DNA of 64,000 bases from Octopus vulgaris (lineage: Eukaryota), in contig OX597821.1 of NCBI GenBank assembly GCA_951406725.2, forward strand, positions 61,814,001-61,878,000, written 5' to 3'. The position numbers and the translations under genes are program-made. Position 1 is the stretch's first letter. The number at the start of each line of letters is the position of its first letter. Positions 40,659 to 54,992 of the stretch are shown in pieces. The notes below the pieces were generated by a model. The model was not told the DNA's origin. It ran no database searches and saw nothing but the letters and a program-made list of their open reading frames with translations.

Positions 40659-41069
40659 ATTGTCCAATATAGATAGTTTAAAATTCATTGTAATTATGTT
40701 TTTGTTTCATGAAAAAATAAAACTGTTCTCTATCAAGTACAGTCGATGTGGGACCGTCTGTATGCATCAGTTATGAGAATAGTTTCTAGCACAGGCATAA
40801 AGCATAACATCTTGTGTGAGGCGTAAACCGATTATATCGAGCTTAGTAAGTGATTGGAATTTTATTTTACTGACCTGAGAAAGAAAAAAGAGACAAAGAC
40901 AACGCGGAAAGATTTGAACTCAAAACGTGAAGGTGCAGCATTATATAATGCACAGTAGTTTCTCTGGTGAATTAACGATTCAGCAAATTCATGAATCATA
41001 AACTCATACAAGTCAACTTGAATAATAGTAATAATGATGATGATGATGATGATGATCATGATGATCATG

Positions 41070-41114
<45 letters not shown>

Positions 41115-41692
41115 GTGATAATAATAATAATAATACATGGTATTGCAGGAAATTCCCATTAGGTATGTATTAGAAATATATCAACAAAACTTGAAATATT
41201 AATCTTACCTTTCAATTATACACATGCAATGGAATATGAATTGAATAGTTTAACAACAATGACAATTATTATTTTTAATAATTGAAAACAGGTTATTAAT
41301 GCATGGCAGTATATTCTTACTCACAACCTTTTCTCATTATATTGTATTTTAAGCTAATTACGGACAATAGCGTTAATATAAATGTTTTCACAATAATGTT
41401 TGTAGCTTAGGTACATCTAATGAATTGCACTCATACATTTAACAAATTTTAATTAGAATTTCAAAACATTCAGAAAATTAAATAGAATATACTACCTAAT
41501 CATTAACGAATATAATGTTTCAAATAAACTATATGTATGAAGCTCAAAAGCTATATACACACACCTATAAACGCGATACTTAATTATACATCTCGCTAAG
41601 TTCACTCTCCTCACTGCCAATAAATCAACGCAAATACTAATGAACAAATATATGTGCACGTACATATGTATGATTGTAAGTATGTTATATAT

Positions 41693-41736
<44 letters not shown>

Positions 41737-42099
41737 GTGTGTGTGTGTGTGTGTGAATTTATAAACCTAGATAAAAAATTTATATATATACATATACACA
41801 TGGCTAAATGTATATATATTGTATGTATGTGTGTCGATCTGATGGAATAGAATGAGAATTATAAAAAAAATATTGCTTTACACACGATCTCATCCGATTT
41901 GACTCATTCAAATTAGTTTCTCTTTAGTTTCTACTGAAGATACGCTTCCGCTAACGTTTTCTTTTTAAACTTTTGGAACAATTCTACTGCTGGTTGGTGT
42001 TCAGATTTCATAAGTATCTACCGGAGCCAATTTTAATTTTGGACACAAGATAAATCTCGATTTCAGCAGTTAAATGGAGAGAGTAATAGCACAGATAAT

Positions 42100-42570
42100 C
42101 AGTGATGCGTCAGCAAATGAGTTGTTATTATTCACTCAACTCATGTCGTGTACGCGTGCTTTAGACAAGAGCCTGGACACTCGATGTTTTTGTCAAACGG
42201 CTTGGGGGAAGCTGCGAGAAGTCGACAGGAATAATTCACATACTGGAAGCTGTAAGGATTCTTACAAAACACTAATCATGCGGTTGTGTAAGTCTTCACT
42301 TCAAAATTTATACCAGTTTATATGGTATAATATACCATATAATACCGCTACAAATTCATACAGTTTATATGGCAAAATTCTACTGCATCTAACGCAAGAA
42401 AAATGTTTTACTAGTGCTGTGATTGGTAATATTTCTCAGAGAGCAAGGTTACGAAGAGGCCTGCCGAGACAATTTTCGTCTCATAAATCTAAATACAGTG
42501 TTTAAGACTTTAGTCAAGCTGGTAGGAAAAGATTGCTCCTTAATTATAGCAAACGTGAGCAGTCGGGAAT
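42100..42570 (+). pseudogene. Decayed L1/Tx1-like reverse transcriptase remnant
   Basis: VIFLRE..DNFRLINLNTVFKTLVKLVGK resembles the RT domain 0/1 consensus LL.K..DNFRPITLLN.D.KILAKVLA. Confidence 0.5.
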
Positions 42571-43099
42571 TGATAAATCTGTTTGGGAAGACATTAATAA
42601 AGTCTTATGTCATTGGGGTTCTACTTGCGCAAGATACATTCTACAGGCACAGTTATGCGGTCATTTTGACTTGCCACAAATGCACCCAGAACATTGCAAC
42701 TGTTCTGCATAGAACTTTTCGTGTCCAGACGTTACTTAAGATAAATCTACTTCTCCCACGTCTCTCATTTAAAAAGAGGAACTATGTTTTGGACGAGGCT
42801 GTAAGTTATGTGGACAAAAACATTATTCTTTTATATGCCGTTATATTCAGGCTGAGCGTAGAAAAATGCAATTGCTTATCTAGCTTTAAATGGAGGTCTT
42901 GCTGTGTCAGAAGAACTGTGTTTTCATATTTCATTATTTGAATTCCATTTATTGCTTCTTCATCTAATTTGCTATGTAAAACTCCACAATTCTCATACGT
43001 CATTGATATTCTTTCTTCAATCCTCGTCCACTTTTCCTCTTTCTCCTCTATCTCCTCTTTCTCTTCGTCCTCATAATATCACTTAAACTTACCTTTTAT

Positions 43100-43690
43100 G
43101 CTTTGTAGATTTGTGTTTCCATTACCTTATCTTCAGGTAGCTCCACTAGGTAGGAGCATCCTTCGTTCTTTTTCACTCAGCTAATAAAATTCTCTTGTAG
43201 ATTCTTCGCCCTATGAGATTTAATCTTTCAATCTCATTTCCTAAATAATACTGCATACCTATTCTTTCCAAATATTTGATGTATTATATGCATTCAATGA
43301 AATGATTATTTTCTTATATCTCTCGGCAAGATCATCATTCCGTCTACATTTTCTCAGTATGCTTGTCAAACAAATCACGGCTATCAGGCAAATTGATAGT
43401 GTGAGCCACCGCCCCACCCCTGTAATATCCCTTTCCAGTTTTTCATATTTCCGAATTGGATGAAGTCTTCGTATTCCCATATGTTTTTCTACAAAGTTGT
43501 GAATCTTTTCAGGCAATCTCTGGCACCTTGCACACTTCAAAATTTAAATAGTAACGTGTCTTGGCGTGTATCATTTCTTATAGTCTATCCAGCCAGGGGC
43601 TATTTCTTTTTCTTTTATCCAACTGAATCTTAGTATCCTCAGAAATCAGTATTTGAATAAATATTTATTGTTACAAACATTGTTTTCTTG
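43100..43690 (-). mobile_element. Decayed R4/Dong-like RT fragment
   Basis: Reverse complement: KEIAPGWIDYKK and ICLIAVICLTSILRK (RT domains 3-4). Confidence 0.55.
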
Positions 43691-43799
43691 TTCATTGTTG
43701 TTGCTTTTTCTGCTGTCGTTGTTGTAGTTGTTTTTCCTATTTTCTTCCTCCTTCTTTTTCTTCTTCATCTTCTTCTCCATCCCCCACCTATTCCGTCTT

Positions 43800-45122
43800 C
43801 TTGCTATTTCATTATTCCACTTGACTCAGGATTGAATTTATTCCTGGTAGAGTATATGTGGTTAGCTAGTTACTAACTGTAAACATAGATTTCCACATAA
43901 TTTCAAAAAATGCTCCAAATGCTTCCCATAGTCATTCCTGTTACTAAGAATCAAACCTTCTGGAAAAGCTCTACTGGAATCCCCATTTTTTCTATATCAA
44001 TACTCTCAGTCCCTAATACAGTAAGCGTTACAAATACAACGTTTGCAGATTTCCTGTTTTAGATCCTCGCAAAAAATCAAATTTCAAGGGGTTTTATTTT
44101 TCAACTCTTCCTCTTCTTTCTTCACAGTTCTAGAATTAAATGGATATGATAGATGAATCAGTAAGCAAATTCCATTTTCTTTGTCTATTGCTGTAATATC
44201 TCGATTATATTTTCTATATTCTTTGCCGCCTGAATATGAAAATTACACAAAATCTTACATAGTCCCGACTCTGATACACTTTCTACCCGATGCCTGTACC
44301 TCCATTTCTGTCAAAAATTTCACAACTTGACCATGTCTCCATTTCTTTCTAGGCGGCCAACCCAGAGCATTCTGCAATTATGTGTGCTATTGTTTCATCC
44401 TAAATTCCACATACTCTACATTTTCGAAATACTCGCCTACACACACCATATTTTCTCAAGTTATTTGTTTGAAGTTCTTGGCAAGGATCAGCTATCATAA
44501 AGCTCCGTTTCCTCTTTCAGTTGCTCCCTTTTCAACCAAGCCATCAATGAATTTCCAAAACCCACTGTCCATAATCTCTTTGAATTTCATTCTTGTCCTT
44601 TCTAACCTTAGTCATTCTTCATCAAATGTTCATTATTCACTTCCTTTAGTAACTATTCTGTACTTGTGATTAATTTAGTTCCATCTGCATACGATCTTCT
44701 GCGCCAATGAAGCCTCATACACCCTTGTCTGTCTTCAAGTGCAGCCTGTTTATAACAGTTTTCGTATGCTGCTTCCCAAACAGTTAACAACTTTCTAGTT
44801 TTTCTATCAAGTTTCTGAAATTAGTATTATGGCCAGTCCACAATTCCAGTTGCACATCTGATAACTTACTCTGTTCTTAGATTTATTACTTAAATAAAAT
44901 TTCCTGAATTGAAAATTAACTTAATCCTCCGGATACCTTCTACATTCCCTTCTTGGACTTTGTTCCACCTCTTCATGTTTTATTTCATCTGTCTCCAGTA
45001 TTCCTAAATAATATGCCACTATCCTTTCTCAATTGATTTCATTGATTCACCATTCGGTATTTCAATCACCGGACTCTCTTTAAATCTTCACAGTTTCACT
45101 TATTACCAAAACAACGTACTTT
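43800..45122 (-). mobile_element. Decayed 5'-truncated R4/Dong-like element
   Basis: Reverse complement: EIPNGESMKSIEK, YLGILETDEIKHEEV, KTRKLLT, in the same order as in 10526-12325. Confidence 0.6.
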
Positions 45123-45149
45123 ATAATCATCATCATCATCATCATCATT

Positions 45150-46715
45150 GTGGTTTGGCTCAGGTCCGGTCTTATTACTAGTACAAATTATGCGCTTGGA
45201 TGGTCACTACCTGAAACCTTAGGTGTCCACAAGTTTTCATCAGTCTTTCAAGTAATTAGAGCCCTCTTAATAATCCTTTCAGTCCCTCATTGACAAAATT
45301 TATGTAGGCGCTCTATGATGCATTCTTTTTCAATCTCCATCAGCCATTTGTCTATATCTTGGCTTACTGTTCCCAACACACCAATTATTATAGTCATGGC
45401 CTTTACTGTTCTAATGCTCCAAATTTTTCCTATTTCAAACATTAAGGGATTGTATTTTTTACGTTTCTCTTATCTTTCTTTACGATCTTAGAATCAAATG
45501 GCCGTGTTGGGTCGATCAGTAAGGAACTTCACTTTTCCTTATCTACATTCGTTATGTCTGGTCTAATATTTTCTAATTTCTTGTCCGTTTGAATAGGAAA
45601 GTCACACAAAATCATAGTTTGTCCGACTTCAGTTCTCTTCTGACTCGATGTGTGCACCGTGTCTTTCCAGCTTCAAATTTCCATTTCTGTCACAGTTTCC
45701 AGTGTATAACGTTTCCAATCTGTTCATGCCTCCGTATTTTTTTAGTCTTTCTGCACCAACTTGGCGAATTCTTCCACAATGTGTGCCACTGTCTCCTTCC
45801 AAGTTTCATAAGTACTACATTTTTCTTACGCATTCTCTCCATGTAAATTTTTCCCAAGTTGTTTTTATCGCTTAATATTGGGCTGCTACAATTAGACTCT
45901 CTGTTTGTTTTTTCACTGTCCCTTTTTTAAACCAAGCTCAGGATTTTGTTCCACATATGTCGTTATGGACACTTCAACATTAGCCATGCAGAGGTTTCAC
46001 TTCGATCTGTCTGACGCGCTCCCTTTGTATTTCATTCTTAACCTCCTCTCCTATTACGCGCTCCATCACATGTTCTTTGTTAACTGCCTTTAGTAGTTTT
46101 TCTGTGCTGCTCTGTAAATACTCTTCAAGATATTTTTCTGTCAGTCTGTATACATTTTCTTACTGCTGTCAAGTATCTTCCACCCTGGTATCTCCTCAAG
46201 TACAGGTGTTTGATATCAGCGTTTGGATGGTGAGCTCCATACATCGTCAACAACTTCATAGTTTTCGTGTTAACTTACTTTATATTGTTTTTGGTCCAGT
46301 CTATAATTTCAATTCCACATATATATGATTAAAGGTAATACTTCAATATTTTTTTTAAAAATCCAGCTTTGACGGTAATAATTTCCTGACTCTCCTTGTG
46401 TACTCTCTACTGGTAATTCGTTTCATTTTTCCTATCTCGTCTGCTTCTAGATTTCCCAAGTACTTATAGCACCGCTATCATTGTCTACCCATTTGTCATT
46501 TCAGTTCCCTGGCTTCTTTCAAATCTTCCTTGTTTCATTTTCAGCATAGTGCACTTTTCTATCACAAATTACAAACCTACGTCATTTGAGAAAAAGTGAA
46601 GACAGTATATACAAGTCTTTCAGGTTGTTTCTCATATTTCGCATAAACATTTATATCATCCCTGAAAAAGAGATAATTTATCTGACCATTTTCTTTTTTC
46701 CAAATCGAAAGCAGT
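45150..46715 (-). mobile_element. Decayed 5'-truncated R4/Dong-like element
   Basis: Reverse complement: INYLFFRDDINVYAK, YKYLGNLEADEI, RRHEQIGNVIHWKL, RPDITNVDKEK..LLID, IIIGVLGTV. Confidence 0.75.
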
Positions 46716-47547
46716 TTTATTATTATCATTGAGTGAGAGAGCTGCCCATGCTATCTAGTAGTAGTACTAGTAGTAGTAGTTATAGTAGTAGTAGTAGCAG
46801 CAGCAGCGTTATTTTTGCTATTGCTATGATAACTCTTTATTATTAAAGAGAAAGGGAGAGAGCGTAGTGGAAGACGGCGTTATTAGGGACCCGGGAATTT
46901 CAGATCCGTTTCAAAATATTCTTATGTTTCTATTTTAATTGATCTGAAAGTCAGCATTTCTCACATAATTGTTGTTTTTGATTTTAGAATTATACGTTGA
47001 TCGAACAACAGCTATAATATAAGACGATGCTGATTGTTCGCAAGAAACTTGCTTCAATTTTGTTTTAAATGGCCAATTGCTATTCTTTAATACATCATGT
47101 GGCATTTGAAATCGCACCGACATCATTAAAGCAAACTTTTGTTCTGAATATGAAATTTATTTCAAAAGAAAAATCAATATCAGAAATCAAGTAACACATA
47201 ATTTATGAAAGAACATCACATTCCTTTTATACTGAACTTCAATTGTTGCTGTATTGTATTGCATACGTATGAGACAATTTTCCTATTCATAATGGGTCGT
47301 CATAAAGAATTAAATAAAAATTAGGTGTGCCGGTTTGGATGCCAGTTAATTTACAAGGAGAAAGCTTTTGCGATTTCCATGAAAACTCCAGAAATAGTAA
47401 CCTCTTAACACAACCTGCTTTTACTAAAATGTTAAGTAGACTTTGTATAATGAAGTATGCAATATATAAATAAATTGACGAAGTGATCAGAACTAGAGTA
47501 TAGTCAATTGTAGAGCTGCTGGAACAGAAGTTTCCATCAAAAATTAA

Positions 47548-47710
47548 CAGGAGTGGGTGTGTGTTAAGTAGCTTGCTTACGAACCACATTGTTCCGGGTT
47601 CACAGTCCCACTTCGTGGCACCTTGGGCAAGTGTCTTCTACTATAGCCTCAGGCCGACCATAGCCTTGTGAGTGGATTTGGTTGACAGAAACTGAATGAA
47701 GCCCGTCGTA

Positions 47711-47783
<73 letters not shown>

Positions 47784-47928
47784 ATAAGGATGAAAAGGAA
47801 CACACGAGTTGATATATTTGGAAAAACAAGTCAAGATAGAAAATGCTAAAATAATTTTATGAACTGAAATGTTCTTTATAAAATACTTAATAAAATTATT
47901 TTAGCATTTTCTATCTTGACCTGGTTTT

Positions 47929-48022
<94 letters not shown>

Positions 48023-48228
48023 AGGTGTGTGTAAGTGTGTGTGTGTGTGCGTATGTTTGTGTGTCTGTATTTGGCCCCCAACATCGCTTGACAACCGATG
48101 CTGGTGTGTTTACGTCCCCGCAACTTAGCGGTTCGGCAAAGAGGCAGATAGAATAAGTACTAGGCGTACAAAGAATAAGTCCTGGGGTCGATTTCTTCGA
48201 CTAAAGTAAACGTAAAGAGTAAAAGAGA
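47548..48228 (+). mobile_element. SINE family B interrupted in its microsatellite by PLE-end fold-back
   Basis: Head 47548-47708 and tail 48050-48228 are separated by (TA)/(TG) tracts and the 47820-47930 inverted repeat. Confidence 0.88.
47820..47930. mobile_element. Fold-back (41-bp arms) of the 16310-17341 PLE terminus
   Basis: 47864-47930 matches 17286-17340. 47820-47860 is an inverted copy of 47890-47930 with 2 mismatches. Confidence 0.85.
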
Positions 48229-48502
48229 AATCATTATCATTAAGAATATGATAATCAGAGAATCTCATACTGTGCTCAGAATGCTGCCACTTATATTTGA
48301 TATTTTTTTAAAGAACAATATTGTGATTTTGATATGAGAAATTATCTATAAGCTAACTGTACATATGAGTTGCTATTTTACCGTGAAGGATTGTAACATC
48401 ATGTGCTTCATAATCTTGTGTTTAAACCTTTTCTAAATATCACACTCACAAATACAAATAAATATTAAAACCTATAATTGCATAAATAAGAATTAATTTG
48501 TT

Positions 48503-48734
48503 ATTTTTCTATTGCTCACAAGGGGCTAAACATAGAGAGGACAAAAAAGGACAGACAAATGGATTAAGTTGATTACATCGACTCCAGTGCGTAACTGGTA
48601 CTCAATTTATCGACCCTGAAAGTATGAAAGGCAAAGTCGACCTCGGTGGAATTTCAACTTAGAACGTAAAGACAGATGAAATGCTGTTTAGTATTTCGCC
48701 TGCCGTGCTAACGTCTCTGCAAGCTCGCCGCCTT
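48503..48734 (-). mobile_element. SINE family A
   Basis: Full reverse-complement match. Confidence 0.9.
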
Positions 48735-50648
48735 AGTTGCATAATACGAATTATTTTGTATACACAAATGCGTACATGCAAACGTACACGAGTACACATA
48801 ATCTGAGATGAATTATAAGTAGGATGGCAGCTTTTAAATTAATAGAAACATGGAGGTAAGTCTTCGACATAGATAATCACATATTCCGATGTAGGACCAT
48901 AACGAGCATTGAAACAATCTTACAAGATGAACAGAAAGGAATGTCACCGAGGTTCCGATCATCTTCAGAAAGCCGACCACTCGTCAAATGCATATGGCAG
49001 CAAGGCACAGAAAGTAGAGAAATTCGAAAACGATTCCATTTGTTCTAACTCAAGAAATGATGAAAATGGCAAAATGTATGGCGAAGGCAAGTTCAATCAA
49101 CGACATTACAACCAGCTTTCTACGTTCTGTCAGAATGAAAATAAGAGCAACACAATTAGTTAATGTTACATCCACTATTACAGGTCAAATGCACAAACTT
49201 TGATATAGAATGGAGAAGTATAGGAAATTGTTGATCATTTGAAAATGTAAGAGGATAAGATATTTATAAAGCTGCTAAGAGGCTCATACACTAAAATACA
49301 TGTATTGCTGTGATATATCTAGATAAGGGATCTGAGACAGTTATGATTCTTTATAGAGTCCAACATCATCAACAGTAAGATCGCAAAAGGCATATCTGAA
49401 AACGAGGAACAAAAACACACTGTGATATACTGCACAGTATCCCAAGCAAGACCCCACTGCTTGGGACACTGTTTCCTACATATGCTTAACATGGATAAAG
49501 AGCCTGCTAAAAGCTGTAACAGAGTCTGTTACAGATTCAAACTCTAAAACAAGTTTATATATTTAAAACAACGGTTACTGATGTGAAAAACAGCAGGATG
49601 ATTATGACGACAAAACCTTTGTCCTGAAGACAATGGAAGTAAAACTCTTAAATGCAAGCTCTCCCAATGGTATCATGAAAACCAAACGCAATTAGAAAAC
49701 ACTCTACGACACCTGCGTTACCTGAAAAAGTAAATACATAACAGTTAGAACTTCTATATGTTAGAACAAAGAGGAAGTTATTCATTATATAATAGGAAAT
49801 ATATATGCAACTGATATATATGTATATTAGGCGCTGATCATGCTGGAGCACCACTTCAAAGAAGTTTAGTCAAAGGTATCAAGTCTAGAACTGACATTTG
49901 TTAAAGGGCTCAGGCAAGGCGATTCTAATAACCTGGAGTTAAAAAAGAATATAGAAATAATTCAAAATTAAATGATATTCGAATACGGAGCATAAGATGA
50001 ACTTAAATAAACGACAACAAACCAGGAACAATGTAGTCAACTTCATTAGCTTACAACTGTTTCAAGTACAAGAAACCCAGGGCTGTGTGATGGTGCATTC
50101 TCAGCACCATCGGATCGTCTGAAAATGCATTGGTTACAAAACATATGGGATTTTAAAAAAAGATGGACGTTCATATCATATCAGTCTGCTTTTTCCGGTG
50201 TAATCAGATAAGATTTCTGTAAGATAATCTTACAAAGCTCGCAAATTATTCAACTCAAAGGTTTTCCTTATATAACGGATATTTTAATTGTTAATGAGAT
50301 AATTTCGCGAAGCGTAAATAATTTGTACGGTAATATTGTTTCTCATTTATGTATTTATATGTTTATGCATGCATATATGTATATGGCTGCGTGTGTGTAT
50401 GTATGTACTTAGGTACGTGTTTACATAAATATGTGTATGTATATATATATATATATATGCGTACATATTCCTTAATGCATTTATATGCTCATACATTTGT
50501 ATTTCTATGCGGGTGTATATGTATATATGTGTATATGTGTGTGTGTGCGTATACTGATTGTGAGGATACTGATTCCTCTTAAAATATTTGTAGGCAAATC
50601 TAAATTAAGAGTATATTAATAAATTAATGTTATCTTTCAAAATACTCT

Positions 50649-50724
<76 letters not shown>

Positions 50725-51169
50725 TCGGATATTTTCGGTCAGATAATTTTGTCCATCGAAGATTCCTTTGTCATTGCAAGACTCACTCATTAAGGAATCA
50801 GAAATCTAGCTGCTTCATAATACCCAATTCCATAGATTTATATATATATATATATATATATAATATGCACTTGCCTTCTATGGTAATATGTGATCGTCGT
50901 ATTCACTCTTACTGTCATTCAATTAAACTATATTAAAGTGGCATGTGCTATCTGTGTAACACGTTTCAGAGGTTGAAATGTATTCACAAAAGAGCAGTAA
51001 TGCATAGAGTGAATGCTTTCAACACCTTACAACTTCTTCCACGGAAAAGTAGAAATATGCCTGCTTCCAACGCTGATGTTTGAAGTATAAATAATTTCCC
51101 CCCATATTTTCGCGAGAACTATCTTTTACTGATATATGTGTATATGAATACATACATACATATACATGC

Positions 51170-51210
<41 letters not shown>

Positions 51211-51380
51211 GATATAGATATACATATATGCACATATTTATATGCATATCCATATATGTATTTATATATACATACATGTATATATATATATATATATGCT
51301 CATATATATATATATATATATGCTTATATATGTATATGGGTATATATACATATATATATGTATATATATATATATGTGTG

Positions 51381-51421
<41 letters not shown>

Positions 51422-51449
51422 ATGTGTGTATATATATATCTATGTATAT

Positions 51450-53000
51450 ATCCTGATTCACAATTCCTCCGTCTAAGCAGGCTCTGTAGTGACGACCATG
51501 ACTTTCAGCCTCAGTTTCAATTCATGTCTGGCCACTTCATCCTACGTAGATATCTCCTCATCACTATCCACACCACCCTTACCAGACACGTTCCTGGGAC
51601 CGTGCGTCTGCTCTCTCCCCCGCACCCACCCCGCTGTCTCCTGTCTCCCTTTTCCCTTCATCTACCACATCATCTCCTACCTCTCCAACGCGCCATTCTC
51701 CGAGACTTCCGGCGACTCCATTCCGACCACTCCACTTCGCACATCATCGCTAACTTACCCCATCTCATCCTTCAAACGAGCCCACGACCTACTAGACCCC
51801 TTGATCCACAGCTTCTTCCCTAATCTATCCTCCCAACCCGGATCGTTCCCCTATTCCCGCCCACGCTGCCGCACTTGCCCTTACCTCTCCAACACCACGC
51901 TCCTCACCGGCACCCATTATCGACCCTATCACATCACTGACTTCTTCACCTGTACCTCTACCGATGTCATCTACTACATCTACTGTTATCTCTTCCCTTC
52001 TCTATACATCGGGCAAACGGGACGCCACATCTCAGACCGGTTCGCGGAATAACTCCGAAACACCCCTGCCTTGCACCATTTCCACTCTACCAGTCACTCT
52101 GTGATTGGATTGTCCTTGCACAGGGGCCATCCGGACTACCGTTTGTGCCGTGAACAGGGATTATTCTTCTCTCTTCGCACGTTTGCGACATATGGCCTCA
52201 AATCTCCTCCCTTCTTCATCTAACCTCCTCTTTTCCCACCCTAGACCTAATTCTTTCCACTCACCTCTCCTCTCTTGCTCCGACTCCTACTTCATCTCTT
52301 CACACCTATATTCCTCTCTTCTCTTCTCTTCTCTTCAATCTTACCCACATTCTCCCTTTCCCCTTCATCGTCACCCTTCCCTCGTAACCCGACCCCTACA
52401 CAATCCCACCCCATCCCTTACACCCACTCCGACATGCCCCACTTCTACCGCACCTCTACCCCACCTTCAGCCTACCCACATACGCCCCCTCTACACTCAC
52501 CCTCAGCCTAAACTACAGTCACCCTTGATTTTCCCACTCACGCCTCCCCCACCTCGCAATACCATCACAACACACTACAAACCACTACCCCATACATTAC
52601 ATTATATCCCATCACACAACCACCCACAGACTAGTACTGACCACTTCCCAGACCCACATAAACACTCCGACACATACACACACGTCAAGGTAACCAGCTC
52701 TATCCCACACGCACATACATACTCTCTTATACATACCCACGCGCACCTATGTTTTGAGATCACAACTACTTTATTATCTCCCCTTCTTTCTAGATCTCCT
52801 GTGTGACCCCTCTGTCCGGCATTCGTCATCGTCGATCGCTACACATTCTTTATTTTCTTTCCTTGTTTCTTTTTGTGTTCCGTTCTGTGGAAGAGCATAG
52901 GCACGAAACGTTAAAGACTTCCTCACTTCCCGAGCGTTAAACTAATACATCTGTTTTTTGTGTGCACCACCTGTCTTCGTGTTTTTTGTGAATTCTTCCT
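51450..53000 (+). mobile_element. 5'-truncated Penelope-like element (RT thumb, GIY-YIG endonuclease, C-rich 3' UTR)
   Basis: [53 protein letters not shown]. Frameshifted. Both ends lie in (TA)n. Confidence 0.92.
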
Positions 53001-53028
53001 ATATATACGTATATATATATATATATAC

Positions 53029-53060
<32 letters not shown>

Positions 53061-53416
53061 CTGTATGTCTATATGATACTATATAGACTAACAAGAATCT
53101 CCATGGTTTTGTGTTAAATGTGTTCTAGTAACCGTATTTCCACGATTGTTTTGTAAGTATTCCGTGCAATCAGCAGAATCACTACAACGACGTCTATTCT
53201 GTCTACGTAGTTTTATATGGAGAAACAATTACTCACCATTATCTTAGTAATTGCTTTTTATTGTCTCAATTCGCTCTGAAAAATTCTAAATATTATCACA
53301 TACTGTTATTCATGAAATTATTGTCAGTATTTTTGTTAGAATCACCGTGTATGTGAATCTTGTACGAATTGTGCAATATCTGATAGAGGTAGCTTTCTAT
53401 TTTCTTTTTATACATT

Positions 53417-53635
53417 AAGGCGCCGCGCTGGCAGATTCGTTAGCACACCGGACAAAATGATCTGAGTCATTTCGTCCGTCTTAACGTTCTGGATTCAAAT
53501 CCCTTCGAGGTCGACTTTGTCTATAATCTTCGTGGGGTCGATAAAATAAGTATCAGTTCAGTACTAGAGCCGATGTACTCGAATCGTTCTTTCCCCGAAA
53601 TTGCTGGCCTTGTGCCAAAATTTGAAAGCAATATT
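53417..53635 (+). mobile_element. SINE family A
   Basis: aaggcgccgcgctggcagattcgttagcac...gaggtcgactttg...ggccttgtgccaaaatttgaa. Confidence 0.85.
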
Positions 53636-54847
53636 TCTTTATAAGATTAAGCATTGCCGTTATTAACGCATTGTCCAAATAATTTATGTATAATATTTAA
53701 TGTCCTTCTGTTCGTCTCTTGAAATTATTTAAAAGAATGCAACTACAATTAGTTTCAGCTAATACCCACGCAAGATAATAGAGATGTTAGTTCCTCGCTC
53801 TAATGAGGTTGCAATGCCGTCTGTGTTTCTTGCAAGTTGCTAGTATATTGATGCTCGATATATTTGATTCATGTTTCAGGTGAAGCTTCTTACATGGATA
53901 ATAGAATGTCTTGGTTACGTAAGAATATATAATTAGAGTTAAAATATACTATATAAGTAATACAATGAAGGTAGAAGATGCAGGCATGTATAACACCTTC
54001 ATTGAGTTGTGAATAACGCAAGAGGAGTTGTATGAGCATATAAACAGAAGACAATATTAGGAAATAGTGTGAAGTCTCTGATAGAATTTAGAGAATACAA
54101 GATAATGCAAGTTATATAGCAACGGCTGTACGTATGAAATGTAGTTCAGCAAGTTGGAAATAATGAGAACTATGAATAGTCAATAAATCATACTAATACA
54201 TAAGGATCTGTGTATAGGTTTAGGCTTTTATTCTTGTGCCAAATTTAAGCAATACATATCAGCTACATGAAACGAATGTAATACCATTTTTCATCCGACA
54301 TAACGTGTTCAGGATATAAGTAAGGAGATACGTATCAAGAAGTGTAAAATGATATAAATCAACTTATTGTGATAAAATTAGTAATGTGGAGTGATGGTGG
54401 CTGGAGAAACATAAGACTGTATTAAAGAAAACTGTATTATGTAAATTCGGTGTACTACCAGTTTTAATAATCTTCATAAGTGCTTGTCTGTAGAGAAGTC
54501 AATTAAGACTGAAGTATTTTATTGTTTTATTGACACAGAAATAGAATTCATGTCTATTAATATACAATGTAAATCAAAGAGATGCACTTCATATATATTT
54601 CGATATTATTGATATCAGTATTGCTAAACTTCAACACTAATAGGAAAACGGCGACGGGAAAGAATGATACTTATTTTAAACAAGTTGATAGGGGTTGATT
54701 GAAATGATAATGGTGTGGAGAGTAGGAACACTTTTGAAGAATGAAAATGAATATAATTCTAGATCGATTCCTTCGTTTGCTACGAAAGGTACCCTTTCAT
54801 TAGTCATTGCAATGTTTATTTTTGTGGTGACATACATTTTATTGTGT

Positions 54848-54992
54848 AGAAGAAGAAGAAGAAGAAGAAGAAGAAGAAGAAGAAGAAGAAGAAGAAGAAG
54901 AAGAAGAAGAAGGAGAAGAAGAAGAAGAAGAAGAAGAAGAAGAAGAAGAAGAAGAAGAAGAAGAAGAAGAAGAAGAACAACAACAACAACAA
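54848..54992. repeat. (GAA)n(CAA)n microsatellite
   Basis: Seen directly in the sequence. Confidence 0.95.

Noticed and set aside
48850-49700. Host exon (ORF 48909-49163) or RTE-like LINE
   Set aside because: No recognisable domain. Only faint EIVDHL and LGHCF motifs, too weak to call.
50952-51040. Long hairpin followed on the minus strand by GAAACgtGTT, resembling the 58671 ribozyme
   Set aside because: No recognisable CUGANGA strand or helix I. At most a heavily decayed relic.
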